From positions 32,001-96,000 of the IMG/VR virus record IMGVR_UViG_3300028549_003662: a stretch of 64,000 nt of DNA. One strand, written 5' to 3'. The notes beneath the pieces were generated by a model, which worked only from the letters and a program-made list of their open reading frames with translations, made no database searches and was not told the DNA's origin. Origin of the DNA: a virus. Below are positions 52,519 to 61,078 of the stretch, in pieces; the first letter of the stretch is position 1, and every line of letters starts with the position of its first letter. The position numbers were made by a program, and so were the translations under genes.

Positions 52519-54900
52519 CTAGCCCTCCACGTGGTCGGGGTAGCGGAGGCGGAACGCTTCCACCTGTTCGTCACTGTGCTCGAAGGGGCAGAACTCGTGC
52601 GTGCCGGGTATGATGCGGCCGCAGCACTCGCACTTCGTGTACACGGGGCTCACAGAGAAGTACGGGATGGGGGTGCTGCACATCGCCACCACCATCGCCT
52701 CCACTCCGACGCCGTCCAGTTCCTCACCGGTGTGGAGGTGCACAACGGTACCTCCGCTCAGGATGGGCTGCAGCACGGACTGCGTGCGCAGCAGAAGGTC
52801 CACCTGTCCCTGCAGCTCCACCGGGATGTGGCAGGAGTTGGTGAGATAGGGGGCATCAGAGGTTCCGCGATGCGGGGCCTGGGGGAACACCTTCAACATC
52901 TTGATGGCGAGCTTGTGGGCGGCGGACTCCGCAGGTGTGGCTTCGAGGTTGAAGAGCTTGCCCGTCTTCTCCGTCCACTCCTCAGTCGTGGTGCGCATGT
53001 GCTCCAGGATCTTCGCCGCCACAGCCAGGTTGGCCTCTTCAAGGAAGGAGTTGTCGTCGCCGCAGATGTACTCCACGGCCTCCCAGAGACCCACGAAGCC
53101 GACAGTGGTGAAGAAGGTGCTGAAGCCGCGCTTGAAGTTGGCCTTGGCCATGCTGAAGAAGCCGTCGTCGAAGGCCTTCTCCACGATTCCGCGCTTCCAA
53201 AGCTGCTCGTCGCGCACCAGACCCATGACGCGGTCAAGCTGCTGGTAGAAGTGCGCGAGCCGTTTCTCGGTGGTGTTGTGGTTCTCGAACACGCTGCTCA
53301 GCATGGCCAGCATGGGGAGGTTGAGCGTCACCACCTGCAGGGAGCCGGTCTGGTCGGCGTTGCCGAAGAGGCCGCCCACGTGCTTTCTTATATTCTTTTC
53401 CGATATTTGCAAACGACAGCACATACTCCTTACATCTGCGGGGTTTATCTTCTCCCCGGCGCTGTGGCCGTTGATGTAGTTCTGGAAGTAGGGGTTGCCG
53501 AACTTCGCGCTCAGCGAGAAGACGAGATCCTTGAGGGGGTGGCGGAAGAAGGCCTCGGTGACAGAGATGGTGAGGACGGGGAAGGTGAAGCCGGTCCCCT
53601 TGCTGTCGCCGCGCATGAAGTTCTTGAGGATGGCTTCGGCGACGATGTTCTGCCACATCTCGATATCGCCGTAGGTGAGGTACTCGCCCTTGCAGGAGCA
53701 TTCGAAGGTGTTGGCACCCCAGCGTTCTTCGAAGGTCTGGCCGCCGACGAGGGGGCGACGATCACGCATGTCTTCAGGAATTGTCAATGATAACGTGATA
53801 TTACTGAAGGGGCTGTTTCCGGTAACGAACATTTTGCGTGTGCTGCCGGGGACATTGCGACGCGCAATGAATGTTCCGGTGTTCGTCGTGGGACACCAAA
53901 CTTTCCCTTTGTAGTGCTTACGCCGAACTTCCGTAACGGCGAACTCCCCGATAACATTGGGCGTGTAACGGGTGTCCGGGCGCTTAATCTTCGGAATGTA
54001 ATATGCGCCTCCGGCGCTTTCCAACTCTGCAGCTTCACGCACATACAGTTTAGTCAGGCCAGAATCGGTGTACACGACACGATGCTTTTCGGTCACAACA
54101 GATTCGTAGCCCTCTCCTGAGAAATGCAAAAGGTCGCCATCGTGGTCGTAGATGTTCACATGCGTGAGCTTGTCTGACGTGACAGTTCTTGTTTCGAGGT
54201 CGACAACATATATGGAGTCGCCAACACTGAGCTCGTCGTAGCGCTTCCACCCCTTGTGCGTCAGGCACTCGGTTTTCTCATCGACGCACTGGCCGCCATA
54301 GCGGGTATTGTAATTGAGATGAAAAATCATCTCCTGCATGGATTGATCGACTTCTTCGAGAGTCATCTTCATGGCCATCTCAGGAGTCATATCGAAGGTA
54401 TTGATGCGGGAGAGGAAGAAATCCAGGGCGTAGGGGCCGAGGAAGAGGTCAACATCGTTGAAGGCCTGGGCACCGGCGAACTCGTTGCTGCAGGCTCCGA
54501 TGTGATTGATGATGTGGTTGACGGCGCTGCGCAGGCGCTTGGCGGGGCCGCTGATGATGTTCCCGGCCGATATGCCGTCATGGAGGAGATTCTCTAGGCT
54601 GTGGCCGCTGCAGTATGGGGTCTTCACGCCCAGGCCGAGATCGTGGATGTGCACGGCGCCGAGCTCATGCAGGTCAGCGAGACCATCATGTCCGGCCTTG
54701 CGCATCTCCGAGAGGTAGTTGCGCTTCAGCGCCTCTTCACCGATCACCAGCAGCAGTCCCGCCGGGGAGAGATGGCTCATGTTGGCGTTTTCCTTGGCCA
54801 GCAGACCCTCGCCGAGGTAGTTGGCGATAATGGGGTCGATGTCGAGAGTTGGGCCTTGGGGTGAGGCCGTGCCTGTGGCCGAGCTTTGAAGCTGGTCCAT
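52519..54900 (-). CDS. nrdD: class III ribonucleotide reductase core; intein-containing, no ATP-cone, no C-terminal glycyl-radical loop
   Basis: ENAN, HIHDL, PYC, NEFAGAQ, RSMCCRL, GSLQVVTLNLP, NLEATPAES, PYLTNS, SGGTVVH; ends shortly after CECCG...FCP. Confidence 0.93.
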   Translation of the reverse strand: MDQLQSSATGTASPQGPTLDIDPIIANYLGEGLLAKENANMSHLSPAGLLLVIGEEALKRNYLSEMRKAGHDGLADLHELGAVHIHDLGLGVKTPYCSGHSLENLLHDGISAGNIISGPAKRLRSAVNHIINHIGACSNEFAGAQAFNDVDLFLGPYALDFFLSRINTFDMTPEMAMKMTLEEVDQSMQEMIFHLNYNTRYGGQCVDEKTECLTHKGWKRYDELSVGDSIYVVDLETRTVTSDKLTHVNIYDHDGDLLHFSGEGYESVVTEKHRVVYTDSGLTKLYVREAAELESAGGAYYIPKIKRPDTRYTPNVIGEFAVTEVRRKHYKGKVWCPTTNTGTFIARRNVPGSTRKMFVTGNSPFSNITLSLTIPEDMRDRRPLVGGQTFEERWGANTFECSCKGEYLTYGDIEMWQNIVAEAILKNFMRGDSKGTGFTFPVLTISVTEAFFRHPLKDLVFSLSAKFGNPYFQNYINGHSAGEKINPADVRSMCCRLQISEKNIRKHVGGLFGNADQTGSLQVVTLNLPMLAMLSSVFENHNTTEKRLAHFYQQLDRVMGLVRDEQLWKRGIVEKAFDDGFFSMAKANFKRGFSTFFTTVGFVGLWEAVEYICGDDNSFLEEANLAVAAKILEHMRTTTEEWTEKTGKLFNLEATPAESAAHKLAIKMLKVFPQAPHRGTSDAPYLTNSCHIPVELQGQVDLLLRTQSVLQPILSGGTVVHLHTGEELDGVGVEAMVVAMCSTPIPYFSVSPVYTKCECCGRIIPGTHEFCPFEHSDEQVEAFRLRYPDHVEG
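53815..54288 (-). mobile_element. mini-intein (158 aa, no endonuclease) in nrdD
   Basis: RYGGQ|CVDEKTECLTHKGWK...VTEKHRV...VWCPTTNTGTFIARR...VTGN|SPFSN; removal restores RYGGQSPFSN. Confidence 0.92.
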
Positions 54901-55021
54901 GTCGTGATGCTCCTTGTTGGGTTTACTGGGATACTTCCTGCCGTTTCAAGGTGGAATGGCAGGCACCGCTCACTTATGTCTGTCGAAGGGAAAGAAGTCA
55001 AGTACGAAAAACGCCGAATGT

Positions 55022-55399
55022 TTACGCCTTGTCGGAGGTATTCGGTCTTTTACCATCACGGCGCTGCTGCGCCACTTCGGCCTCCTTGATCTCGCCATCC
55101 GTGGCACCAAGGTTCTCGCGCGCCATCTTCTTATACAGAATGTGCAGCGTCACCGGGCCGCCGAAGCCAGCCATGCCGACAACAAACTCCTTGAAGTGCG
55201 GAGCCAGGGGGCTGACGTCCATGAGCTTTCCCGCCATCAGGCCAGCGAACCCGCTGACGAAGAAACAGGAGAGGAGGGCGTAAAAGCTAGGGCGCCGGCC
55301 GCTGACGAAGAGATTCGCCAACCCACCAGTAACGCCCCAGAGCAATACGTCCAGGGCGTTCGTCAGTTCCTTTAACGGATTTGTGGTAAAGTCGATCAT
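55022..55399 (-). CDS. holin-like protein (LydA-like, 3 TM)
   Basis: GVTGGLAN...VSGFAGL...VGMAGFGG pattern, charged C-terminal tail. Confidence 0.7.
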   Translation of the reverse strand: MIDFTTNPLKELTNALDVLLWGVTGGLANLFVSGRRPSFYALLSCFFVSGFAGLMAGKLMDVSPLAPHFKEFVVGMAGFGGPVTLHILYKKMARENLGATDGEIKEAEVAQQRRDGKRPNTSDKA

Positions 55400-56007
55400 C
55401 AGCGTGCCTTCGCTAGCAGGTACAACCATGTACCGATGTACGCGAACCATGTGAAATTGAACAACCTTACTTTGTTGTACCGCGTTCTGATGTAGATGAT
55501 CTCAAGCAGCGAAATCGCAACCGCTGTACCGAACAGTATCCGCAAAACCAGCATTCCATCAAGGTCAAAAAAGGGTATGACGTGGTCGTAAACTACGTAA
55601 TTGAACCCGATTCCCAAAGCCGCGGCGTACCCCGCCAGCACCAGCTTGGGCTGCGCGTCGATATTCTCCTTCGGGACGTCCATGTCACAGGTGATGCAGG
55701 AGCTCACCATGTGGGACATGTACAGCCAGAGCAGCACGACTGTGGCCATTGGGCTCCACATGAAATTGATGTACGCATCCACTGGGTTGGCGAGCTTGAA
55801 GCCGATCTGACTCGCCACGTGCAGGCGCACGACAGTGATGGGGATCTGCGAGGCTACGTAGCACACGCCGAGGAGCATCACGGTGTGTGAGGAGTGTCCC
55901 TTGTTGAGGCTGGGGCGAATCCCCAGGGCGAGGGTGGCGGCAACGAGGACAGCGACACCCAGGAGGTGCACCGTCAGGAGGTACTGGTAGGTGTACGCAC
56001 AGATCAT
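55399..56007 (-). CDS. multi-pass membrane protein (about 6 TM)
   Basis: Several hydrophobic segments; start 56007 by ATGA overlap (56025 also possible). Confidence 0.65.
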   Translation of the reverse strand: MICAYTYQYLLTVHLLGVAVLVAATLALGIRPSLNKGHSSHTVMLLGVCYVASQIPITVVRLHVASQIGFKLANPVDAYINFMWSPMATVVLLWLYMSHMVSSCITCDMDVPKENIDAQPKLVLAGYAAALGIGFNYVVYDHVIPFFDLDGMLVLRILFGTAVAISLLEIIYIRTRYNKVRLFNFTWFAYIGTWLYLLAKAR

Positions 56008-56336
56008 AATGCCAGGAGGGCACATCGTCCGGTCTCCGCTGCTTTGCACTTTCGAATGCAGTTCAGGATGGCGATGTAGACGAGGAGAGATATGTGCTTG
56101 CAGACGAAGGGTACCCACCACTGCGCGTTGACTGGCATGATGAGGAGTTCCAGGCATTGCTTGACCTGGACGAGTGAGAGCAGGAACACAAGGCAGTAGG
56201 AGTAGTAGATGTGCGCGCCGGTGAAACGCAGCCTGTTGATGACCGGCCCGACGTACATCGCGAAAGCAAGCGTTACAACAGACAAAAATAGCAGATATGT
56301 CTGAACGGCTCTCGCCACTGCTTCTACGGTGTTCAT
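56004..56336 (-). CDS. membrane protein (about 3 TM)
   Basis: MNTVEA start after AGAGGA; hydrophobic segments. Confidence 0.6.
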   Translation of the reverse strand: MNTVEAVARAVQTYLLFLSVVTLAFAMYVGPVINRLRFTGAHIYYSYCLVFLLSLVQVKQCLELLIMPVNAQWWVPFVCKHISLLVYIAILNCIRKCKAAETGRCALLAL

Positions 56337-56418
56337 AAGGTAGTCCTCTGATATGGCGTTTGGATGCTCACGAACGTACAGGCCCTCACCATAAAAAGCA
56401 AGGGCCTGCACGTGTCGT

Positions 56419-57045
56419 TTAGGCTTCGACGGTGGAGGCGCGGACGATCCACCCATAGCAGAAGTCTTCCTGCGTGGGGTCGTCGCGCATGATCTTCTTG
56501 TAGTGCTGCACGGCCTCGGAGCGCATCAGCGCCATGATGACGGTCTGTCCGTCGCCGCGCCTCAACACCACATCGAGGGCGCGCGCGGTTGCGGGACCGG
56601 GGTGGCCGTCAACAACCAGATCCGGGAACATCTGGCCATTCTTGTTCATGAAGTTCAACTGCTCCTGCAGGAAGCGCCCGGCGGTCTGCGCGGTCCCGGT
56701 GTTCACCGCGTACTGGAAGAGGTAGTAGGCGATCTCGTAGGGGATGTTGTCGCCCCCGAAGCCGTCCCAATACGAGGTCTTGTAGAAGCCGCGCACAGCG
56801 GCCATGAACGCAGGATCTGCAGCCAGCGCTGCCGACATCGCCTTGCACTGCGCGGGGGTGGGGTTCTCGTTGGGTACGCCGAGACGTGCCTTGAGGGTGT
56901 CAACGACGGCCCAGCCCGGCCAGTCCGGGTAGAAGCGGCGGGAGATGCCGAAGGCGGTCTCCTTGCCGCGGTCAGTGGGCCTGTTGCCGTACGCGCCCTC
57001 GGCGCCCATCAGCTTCGCATACGCGCGCTCGTAGTTTGCAGCCAT
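56419..57045 (-). CDS. endolysin, glycoside hydrolase family 108 with C-terminal peptidoglycan-binding domain
   Basis: EGAYGNRPTDRGKETAFGIS, FYKTSYW, AVNTG, VDGHPGPAT, FCYGWIVR. Confidence 0.9.
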   Translation of the reverse strand: MAANYERAYAKLMGAEGAYGNRPTDRGKETAFGISRRFYPDWPGWAVVDTLKARLGVPNENPTPAQCKAMSAALAADPAFMAAVRGFYKTSYWDGFGGDNIPYEIAYYLFQYAVNTGTAQTAGRFLQEQLNFMNKNGQMFPDLVVDGHPGPATARALDVVLRRGDGQTVIMALMRSEAVQHYKKIMRDDPTQEDFCYGWIVRASTVEA

Positions 57046-57049
57046 TGGT

Positions 57050-57343
57050 CTACTTCTCCTTGGGTTGCGCCTGCGCGGTGTAGCAGTTCAGCGCGCTGTC
57101 CTGGCGGGTTAGGAAGAGCTCAATTTCCGCCAGGTCGGCGGTGAGGGCAGCCACGTTCTCCTTGCTCCCGATGTGCCTGTTCTCGGAGAGATCAGTGAGG
57201 TTGAGCGTTGCCGGCCGCGGGCACAGCGTGTACGCCTGTTGCACCTCTATATGCGTCACCGGCGGGACTGTCGGTGTGGAAACGCACGCGGAGAGCATGA
57301 AGAATACGATTGATGTAAGCGACAGCGCGAATACTGCTTTCAT
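57050..57343 (-). CDS. o-spanin (Rz1-like lipoprotein)
   Basis: Lipobox MLSAC, Pro-rich stretch, further Cys; overlaps the i-spanin 3' end in another frame. Confidence 0.8.
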   Translation of the reverse strand: MKAVFALSLTSIVFFMLSACVSTPTVPPVTHIEVQQAYTLCPRPATLNLTDLSENRHIGSKENVAALTADLAEIELFLTRQDSALNCYTAQAQPKEK

Positions 57344-57710
57344 TGTCCAGAACCTCCCCTTTTTGCTGCAGCGGCGCTGCTGGTGTCGATGTCATGCCCG
57401 CGATGAGCGCCTGCTGTTCGCCAATGCGCTCGCGGTAGGTGTTGATGTCGTGCTCCTGGTCCTTGACCTGCTTCTCCAAGGCCGCCAGCGCAATCTTCTT
57501 CTTGCCCTGGTCGTCCTGCAGGAGCCCGATCTGCGTCTCCTGCATAGTGCAGTTCTCCTGCATGTTGGCAATGGTGGCGTTCTGGCTGGAGATGATGGTG
57601 TCGCGGTTGGCGATCTGGATGTACTGCACGCCAATGTACGCCAGCATACCGAGCACGAGGAGCGCGGCAGCAATGTAGGGGATGTTCTTGACAGTCAAGA
57701 AGCCGAACAT
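57192..57710 (-). CDS. i-spanin (Rz-like)
   Basis: Single N-terminal TM plus long coiled coil, upstream of and overlapping the lipoprotein. Confidence 0.8.
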   Translation of the reverse strand: MFGFLTVKNIPYIAAALLVLGMLAYIGVQYIQIANRDTIISSQNATIANMQENCTMQETQIGLLQDDQGKKKIALAALEKQVKDQEHDINTYRERIGEQQALIAGMTSTPAAPLQQKGEVLDNESSIRAVAYINRILHALRVRFHTDSPAGDAYRGATGVHAVPAAGNAQPH

Positions 57711-57714
57711 GGCG

Positions 57715-57810
57715 TCACCTCGCACCCGTGGCTTTGTCGCACAGCCAGTTCCACACCGTCACAGGGAACAGGACGATCTTCAGCCACAGTGGAAATTCCA
57801 TACCGGACAT
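57715..57810 (-). CDS. 31-aa hydrophobic peptide in the lysis cassette (absent from the ORF track)
   Basis: AAGGAGG SD; MSGMEFPLWLKIVLFPVTVWNWLCDKATGAR fills the gap exactly. Confidence 0.55.
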   Translation of the reverse strand: MSGMEFPLWLKIVLFPVTVWNWLCDKATGAR

Positions 57811-57819
57811 GATTCCTCC

Positions 57820-58149
57820 TTAGAATGCTTTCGGGCAAGGCTCTTCGATTTGCGCAGTGGCCACTTCCTCAGAGATGCTTTCGGCAGAGGAGTGCCACTT
57901 CCGCTCGACGTATTTCTGGGCCACCTTGCCCACGATTACGGAGCCCACAATGTACCCGGCGTTGTCAGGGAAGTCGACCATCACACCCGCAGCGGCCTGG
58001 ATGTTCTTCCACACAAAGACGCCGAGGACCGTCGTAACGGCCATGAACCCGCAGATCCGCATCTGCGACAGTCGCTTCGTGTCGTCACCATTGATCTCGC
58101 GCATGATCGCGCAGAAGCTGCGAAACGCTTTTTTCAGCCATGCCATCAT
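57820..58149 (-). CDS. holin-like 2-TM protein
   Basis: RLSQMR-TM1...TM2-GKVAQKYVE; upstream of spanins and endolysin. Confidence 0.6.
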   Translation of the reverse strand: MMAWLKKAFRSFCAIMREINGDDTKRLSQMRICGFMAVTTVLGVFVWKNIQAAAGVMVDFPDNAGYIVGSVIVGKVAQKYVERKWHSSAESISEEVATAQIEEPCPKAF

Positions 58150-58925
58150 CGCCGCACCGCTACCTTGATGTACCCGCTGTTGACCCAGGCCGCTGTGTTG
58201 TTGTCCCAAAACAGCGCGTCTTTCTGAATGTCAAGTCCGATGGTCTTGTTCGAGATGGCTCGCGGACGCACCCCGTAGAACTTGTTGCTGGGGTCGGCGT
58301 ACGACACCGTCGTCAGCACATTATTGCTGTTTGTGGCCGTTGTCGAGTACATGAAGCGCACGTCCTGGGGGACAGCTCCCCAGCCGTGTTCGAGCGTCAT
58401 GTCGACATTGCGTGTCGCTGCCGTCCACGCGCCCTCCCAGTACAGCGGGGTGCACACCGTGAATGGAAGGATGCTGCCGGCGCTGCGGTACAAGACCTGG
58501 CCGATGTAGCGCCATGTTGTGTGTGCGGGGTGATAGAGCGGCACAGCGCGATGATCGGGTTTGAGCGTCGTGTCTACGACACCAGGAGCGGTAGGAGAGG
58601 ACGAAGAGAAATAGAGATTCAGTACGTCCCCTTCAATGGTGGCGTAGAGGTAGTAGATGGTGTTGGTGACAGGCGTTCCGGCGTCACCGAGGTCGTTGTG
58701 GATGTCCACCACGAACGGCGTCTCCACGGCAGCGAAAACCCCACTGATGATAATGTGGCCGGGTTGCACGGTAACGGTGCGCGTGGAGGTGTAGGTGAGC
58801 CACATCCCCGACAGGGTGTCGGCGGGAGAGAGCGAGGCCAAAACATCGTCCAAGGACGCGCCGGTGTCACCGTACGGAAGCAGCGCGGCGTTGATCTCCA
58901 AGAAGCGTTGCGGTGCACGCGCCAT
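58146..58925 (-). CDS. virion/tail-tip protein, paralog of the tail-fibre C-terminal domain
   Basis: TVTVQPG, NTIYYLYA, YIGQV, ILPF..C.P..WE, HGWG, WVNSGY shared with 61079..63397. Confidence 0.65.
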   Translation of the reverse strand: MARAPQRFLEINAALLPYGDTGASLDDVLASLSPADTLSGMWLTYTSTRTVTVQPGHIIISGVFAAVETPFVVDIHNDLGDAGTPVTNTIYYLYATIEGDVLNLYFSSSSPTAPGVVDTTLKPDHRAVPLYHPAHTTWRYIGQVLYRSAGSILPFTVCTPLYWEGAWTAATRNVDMTLEHGWGAVPQDVRFMYSTTATNSNNVLTTVSYADPSNKFYGVRPRAISNKTIGLDIQKDALFWDNNTAAWVNSGYIKVAVRR

Positions 58926-58928
58926 CGT

Positions 58929-59276
58929 CTAACCCTTTATTTGGCAGTCGTGCCAGTGGCTCTTGATGAGCTTAGCGCCGACATGGCAGCACCATGCGAC
59001 GTACCCAAGGAACCCCGCTTCAAGGCAGTTCCACATAATATCGTCGATGCTTGGGATTTTCGTATCGAGTCCCGTGATGAGCCAGCGAACTTCAGCTATG
59101 GCATACGCCGCAGAAAGAAACATGGCGCCGTGCGCGGCCCGGTAGAGGTCGGTCTTGTGCGCGAGGCAAGTTGCGTTGGCCTCTGTGATGCGGCGCGCGA
59201 TGCTGAAGTGGAGGCGCACACCGCACACAAACACAGCTATCGACAGCAGGAGCAGGATGAAACTCAGAATGTTCAT
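58929..59276 (-). CDS. membrane protein (about 3 TM)
   Basis: MNILSF start by ATGA overlap; hydrophobic segments. Confidence 0.6.
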   Translation of the reverse strand: MNILSFILLLLSIAVFVCGVRLHFSIARRITEANATCLAHKTDLYRAAHGAMFLSAAYAIAEVRWLITGLDTKIPSIDDIMWNCLEAGFLGYVAWCCHVGAKLIKSHWHDCQIKG

Positions 59277-59569
59277 TTGTTCTCCGGTGGGTACTTGCGG
59301 GATTCTCCGACGACCCAATTTTCAATTATCGGGAGGAGGGCGCCTGAACTGTACCCGGATGCACCGACGAAAGCCACCTTCATGCCTTCAGGGATGTTCC
59401 AATCCTGAATGAACAGGTAGGCGAGTACGCCGACAAACACTGCTGCCACTAGCGCGCCAAGAACCTGACTCATGCTGCGCTCTTGTCCCTTACGGAGTAT
59501 GCGCGCGAGCCCACCGAGGAGGGCCAGGGAGATCGGGAGGAGCAGCTTCGAGGTGATGATGTCATCCAC
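59273..59569 (-). CDS. holin (LydA-like, 3 TM)
   Basis: ALLGGLARIL...AAVFVGVL...VGASGYSSG. Confidence 0.75.
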   Translation of the reverse strand: MDDIITSKLLLPISLALLGGLARILRKGQERSMSQVLGALVAAVFVGVLAYLFIQDWNIPEGMKVAFVGASGYSSGALLPIIENWVVGESRKYPPENK

Positions 59570-59629
59570 GCCGCACCTCCTTGTTTTAATATTGCGAGAG
59601 ACGGTTTCCCGCCTCCCGCTACGTAGTCC

Positions 59630-60217
59630 CTAATGTATGTAGGAGGCCAAGTCCACCACATCGTACGGCGCGGCTGCCATCAACTCCGCGTACTGCGCGA
59701 CGCAAACACCTTCGGTACCGCCAACCAACGCCGCGAGGGCCTCAGCATCAACAGCGGCGGCAATGGCGGTCTTGAGCACGTAGTGCTTGGCCAGCATGCT
59801 CTTGTGCCAGTCGAAGTAGGTCTTGGCGCGCGCTTTGTCAGTGGTGCTCATGTTGTTGTAGATGAGGCTGAGCGAGTTCTGGCGGTCGGTGTCGGCGACG
59901 CTTTTGATGAGCGCCTGTGTGGTGGCTTCAAGCCCTGGGATCGCGGATGCTTTAGCGTCCACGAGGAGCTCCGCAGCGCCCTTCGGCCGCACCACAGCGA
60001 CAGGTGTGTCGGGGTCGCCCTCAATGCGCCCATCGGTGTCGATCACCAGGGCTGTCGGGCAACCCCAGATGTTGTCGACAGGCATGTCGGCGCTGACAAC
60101 ATGCGCGTAGTTGGCTTGCAGCCCCGGCAGCAACACCTCGGCGTCGGGGTAGATGGCTTCCACGACGAACACGGACTCCCCATACGTCTTCGACTCGTCA
60201 TTGCTCACATATATCAT
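59630..60217 (-). CDS. tail-fibre assembly-like protein, paralog 2
   Basis: N-terminal half similar to 60482..61069; ends LKTAIAAAVDAEALAA. Confidence 0.6.
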   Translation of the reverse strand: MIYVSNDESKTYGESVFVVEAIYPDAEVLLPGLQANYAHVVSADMPVDNIWGCPTALVIDTDGRIEGDPDTPVAVVRPKGAAELLVDAKASAIPGLEATTQALIKSVADTDRQNSLSLIYNNMSTTDKARAKTYFDWHKSMLAKHYVLKTAIAAAVDAEALAALVGGTEGVCVAQYAELMAAAPYDVVDLASYIH

Positions 60218-60492
60218 TGCAGGTCTCCCTTACGATTGTTCTTGAGAAGGATAGACAGCCACCCGAAGTAGCGCACAGCAACCATGAAGACGAATCCCAA
60301 GGTAGGGTACCCGTTTGCCGCCATGCAGCGCTGCAGGTGCTGGTCCGCCCACTTCCTGTCCTCTTCCGTCACGACCTGCTCATACGCGAGGTCGTGTTCA
60401 TCACAGCATCGCTCGAAGGGCGGAAGCTGCCGCGTGCACAGCTTCCACACCTTCGAACACAATCCAGTCATTCCACAGCCATTACTGGCCAT
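60214..60492 (-). CDS. phospholipase A2-like small protein
   Basis: NGCG...CCDEHDLAY...RKWADQHLQRC...AVRYFG. Confidence 0.6.
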   Translation of the reverse strand: MASNGCGMTGLCSKVWKLCTRQLPPFERCCDEHDLAYEQVVTEEDRKWADQHLQRCMAANGYPTLGFVFMVAVRYFGWLSILLKNNRKGDLQ

Positions 60493-61069
60493 AGGTGGTG
60501 CTCACCGCGTCAAGTTCTTCTTGCGTGGTCGCGGCCAGGACAAGCTGCTCCTGACCCTGCTGCCACGTGAAGGCTGCGGACTCATTGGCCAGCCCAGCCG
60601 GGATGAGCTTCTGCAGGAGCGCATACGTCATCTCCACCCATACGCCCTCGGAGGCCTTCCATTGCGGGATGACGGCTGCAGGGTTGGCCTGGAAGACGAA
60701 CACGGCCGTGCGCGTGTAGGCGTCCATCGCGCTCTTGTCGGTGTCGAAAAGGATGCCGTCGACGAGGATGCCCCCGTCGCGCACGCGCGCCTTCTCAAGC
60801 TGCAGGGCGTCGAGTTTGGCAGGCTTCTTGTCCGCGAGGAGCTCCGCGGCCCCTTTCTCGCGGACGATGGTGGGCTCGACGGAGGCGTCGATCACCAGGG
60901 CCGAAGGGCAGCCGAAGACGGTTGTCTCGTCGACTTCCATCTCGACGATGTGCGCGTAGCGGGCTTCCAGGCCGGTCTTGTCCTCGTAAGAGAGGAGTCC
61001 CGCCTCTACGGCGAACACCTTGTCACCGTAGAGCTTGCTGATGTCGTTGCTGCAGTATGTGATGAGCAT
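60482..61069 (-). CDS. tail-fibre assembly-like protein (DUF4376-like), paralog 1
   Basis: GGILVDGILFDTD...WKASEGVWVEM...AATTQEELDAV, directly after the tail fibre. Confidence 0.7.
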   Translation of the reverse strand: MLITYCSNDISKLYGDKVFAVEAGLLSYEDKTGLEARYAHIVEMEVDETTVFGCPSALVIDASVEPTIVREKGAAELLADKKPAKLDALQLEKARVRDGGILVDGILFDTDKSAMDAYTRTAVFVFQANPAAVIPQWKASEGVWVEMTYALLQKLIPAGLANESAAFTWQQGQEQLVLAATTQEELDAVSTTYGQ

Positions 61070-61078
61070 GCTGTTCTC

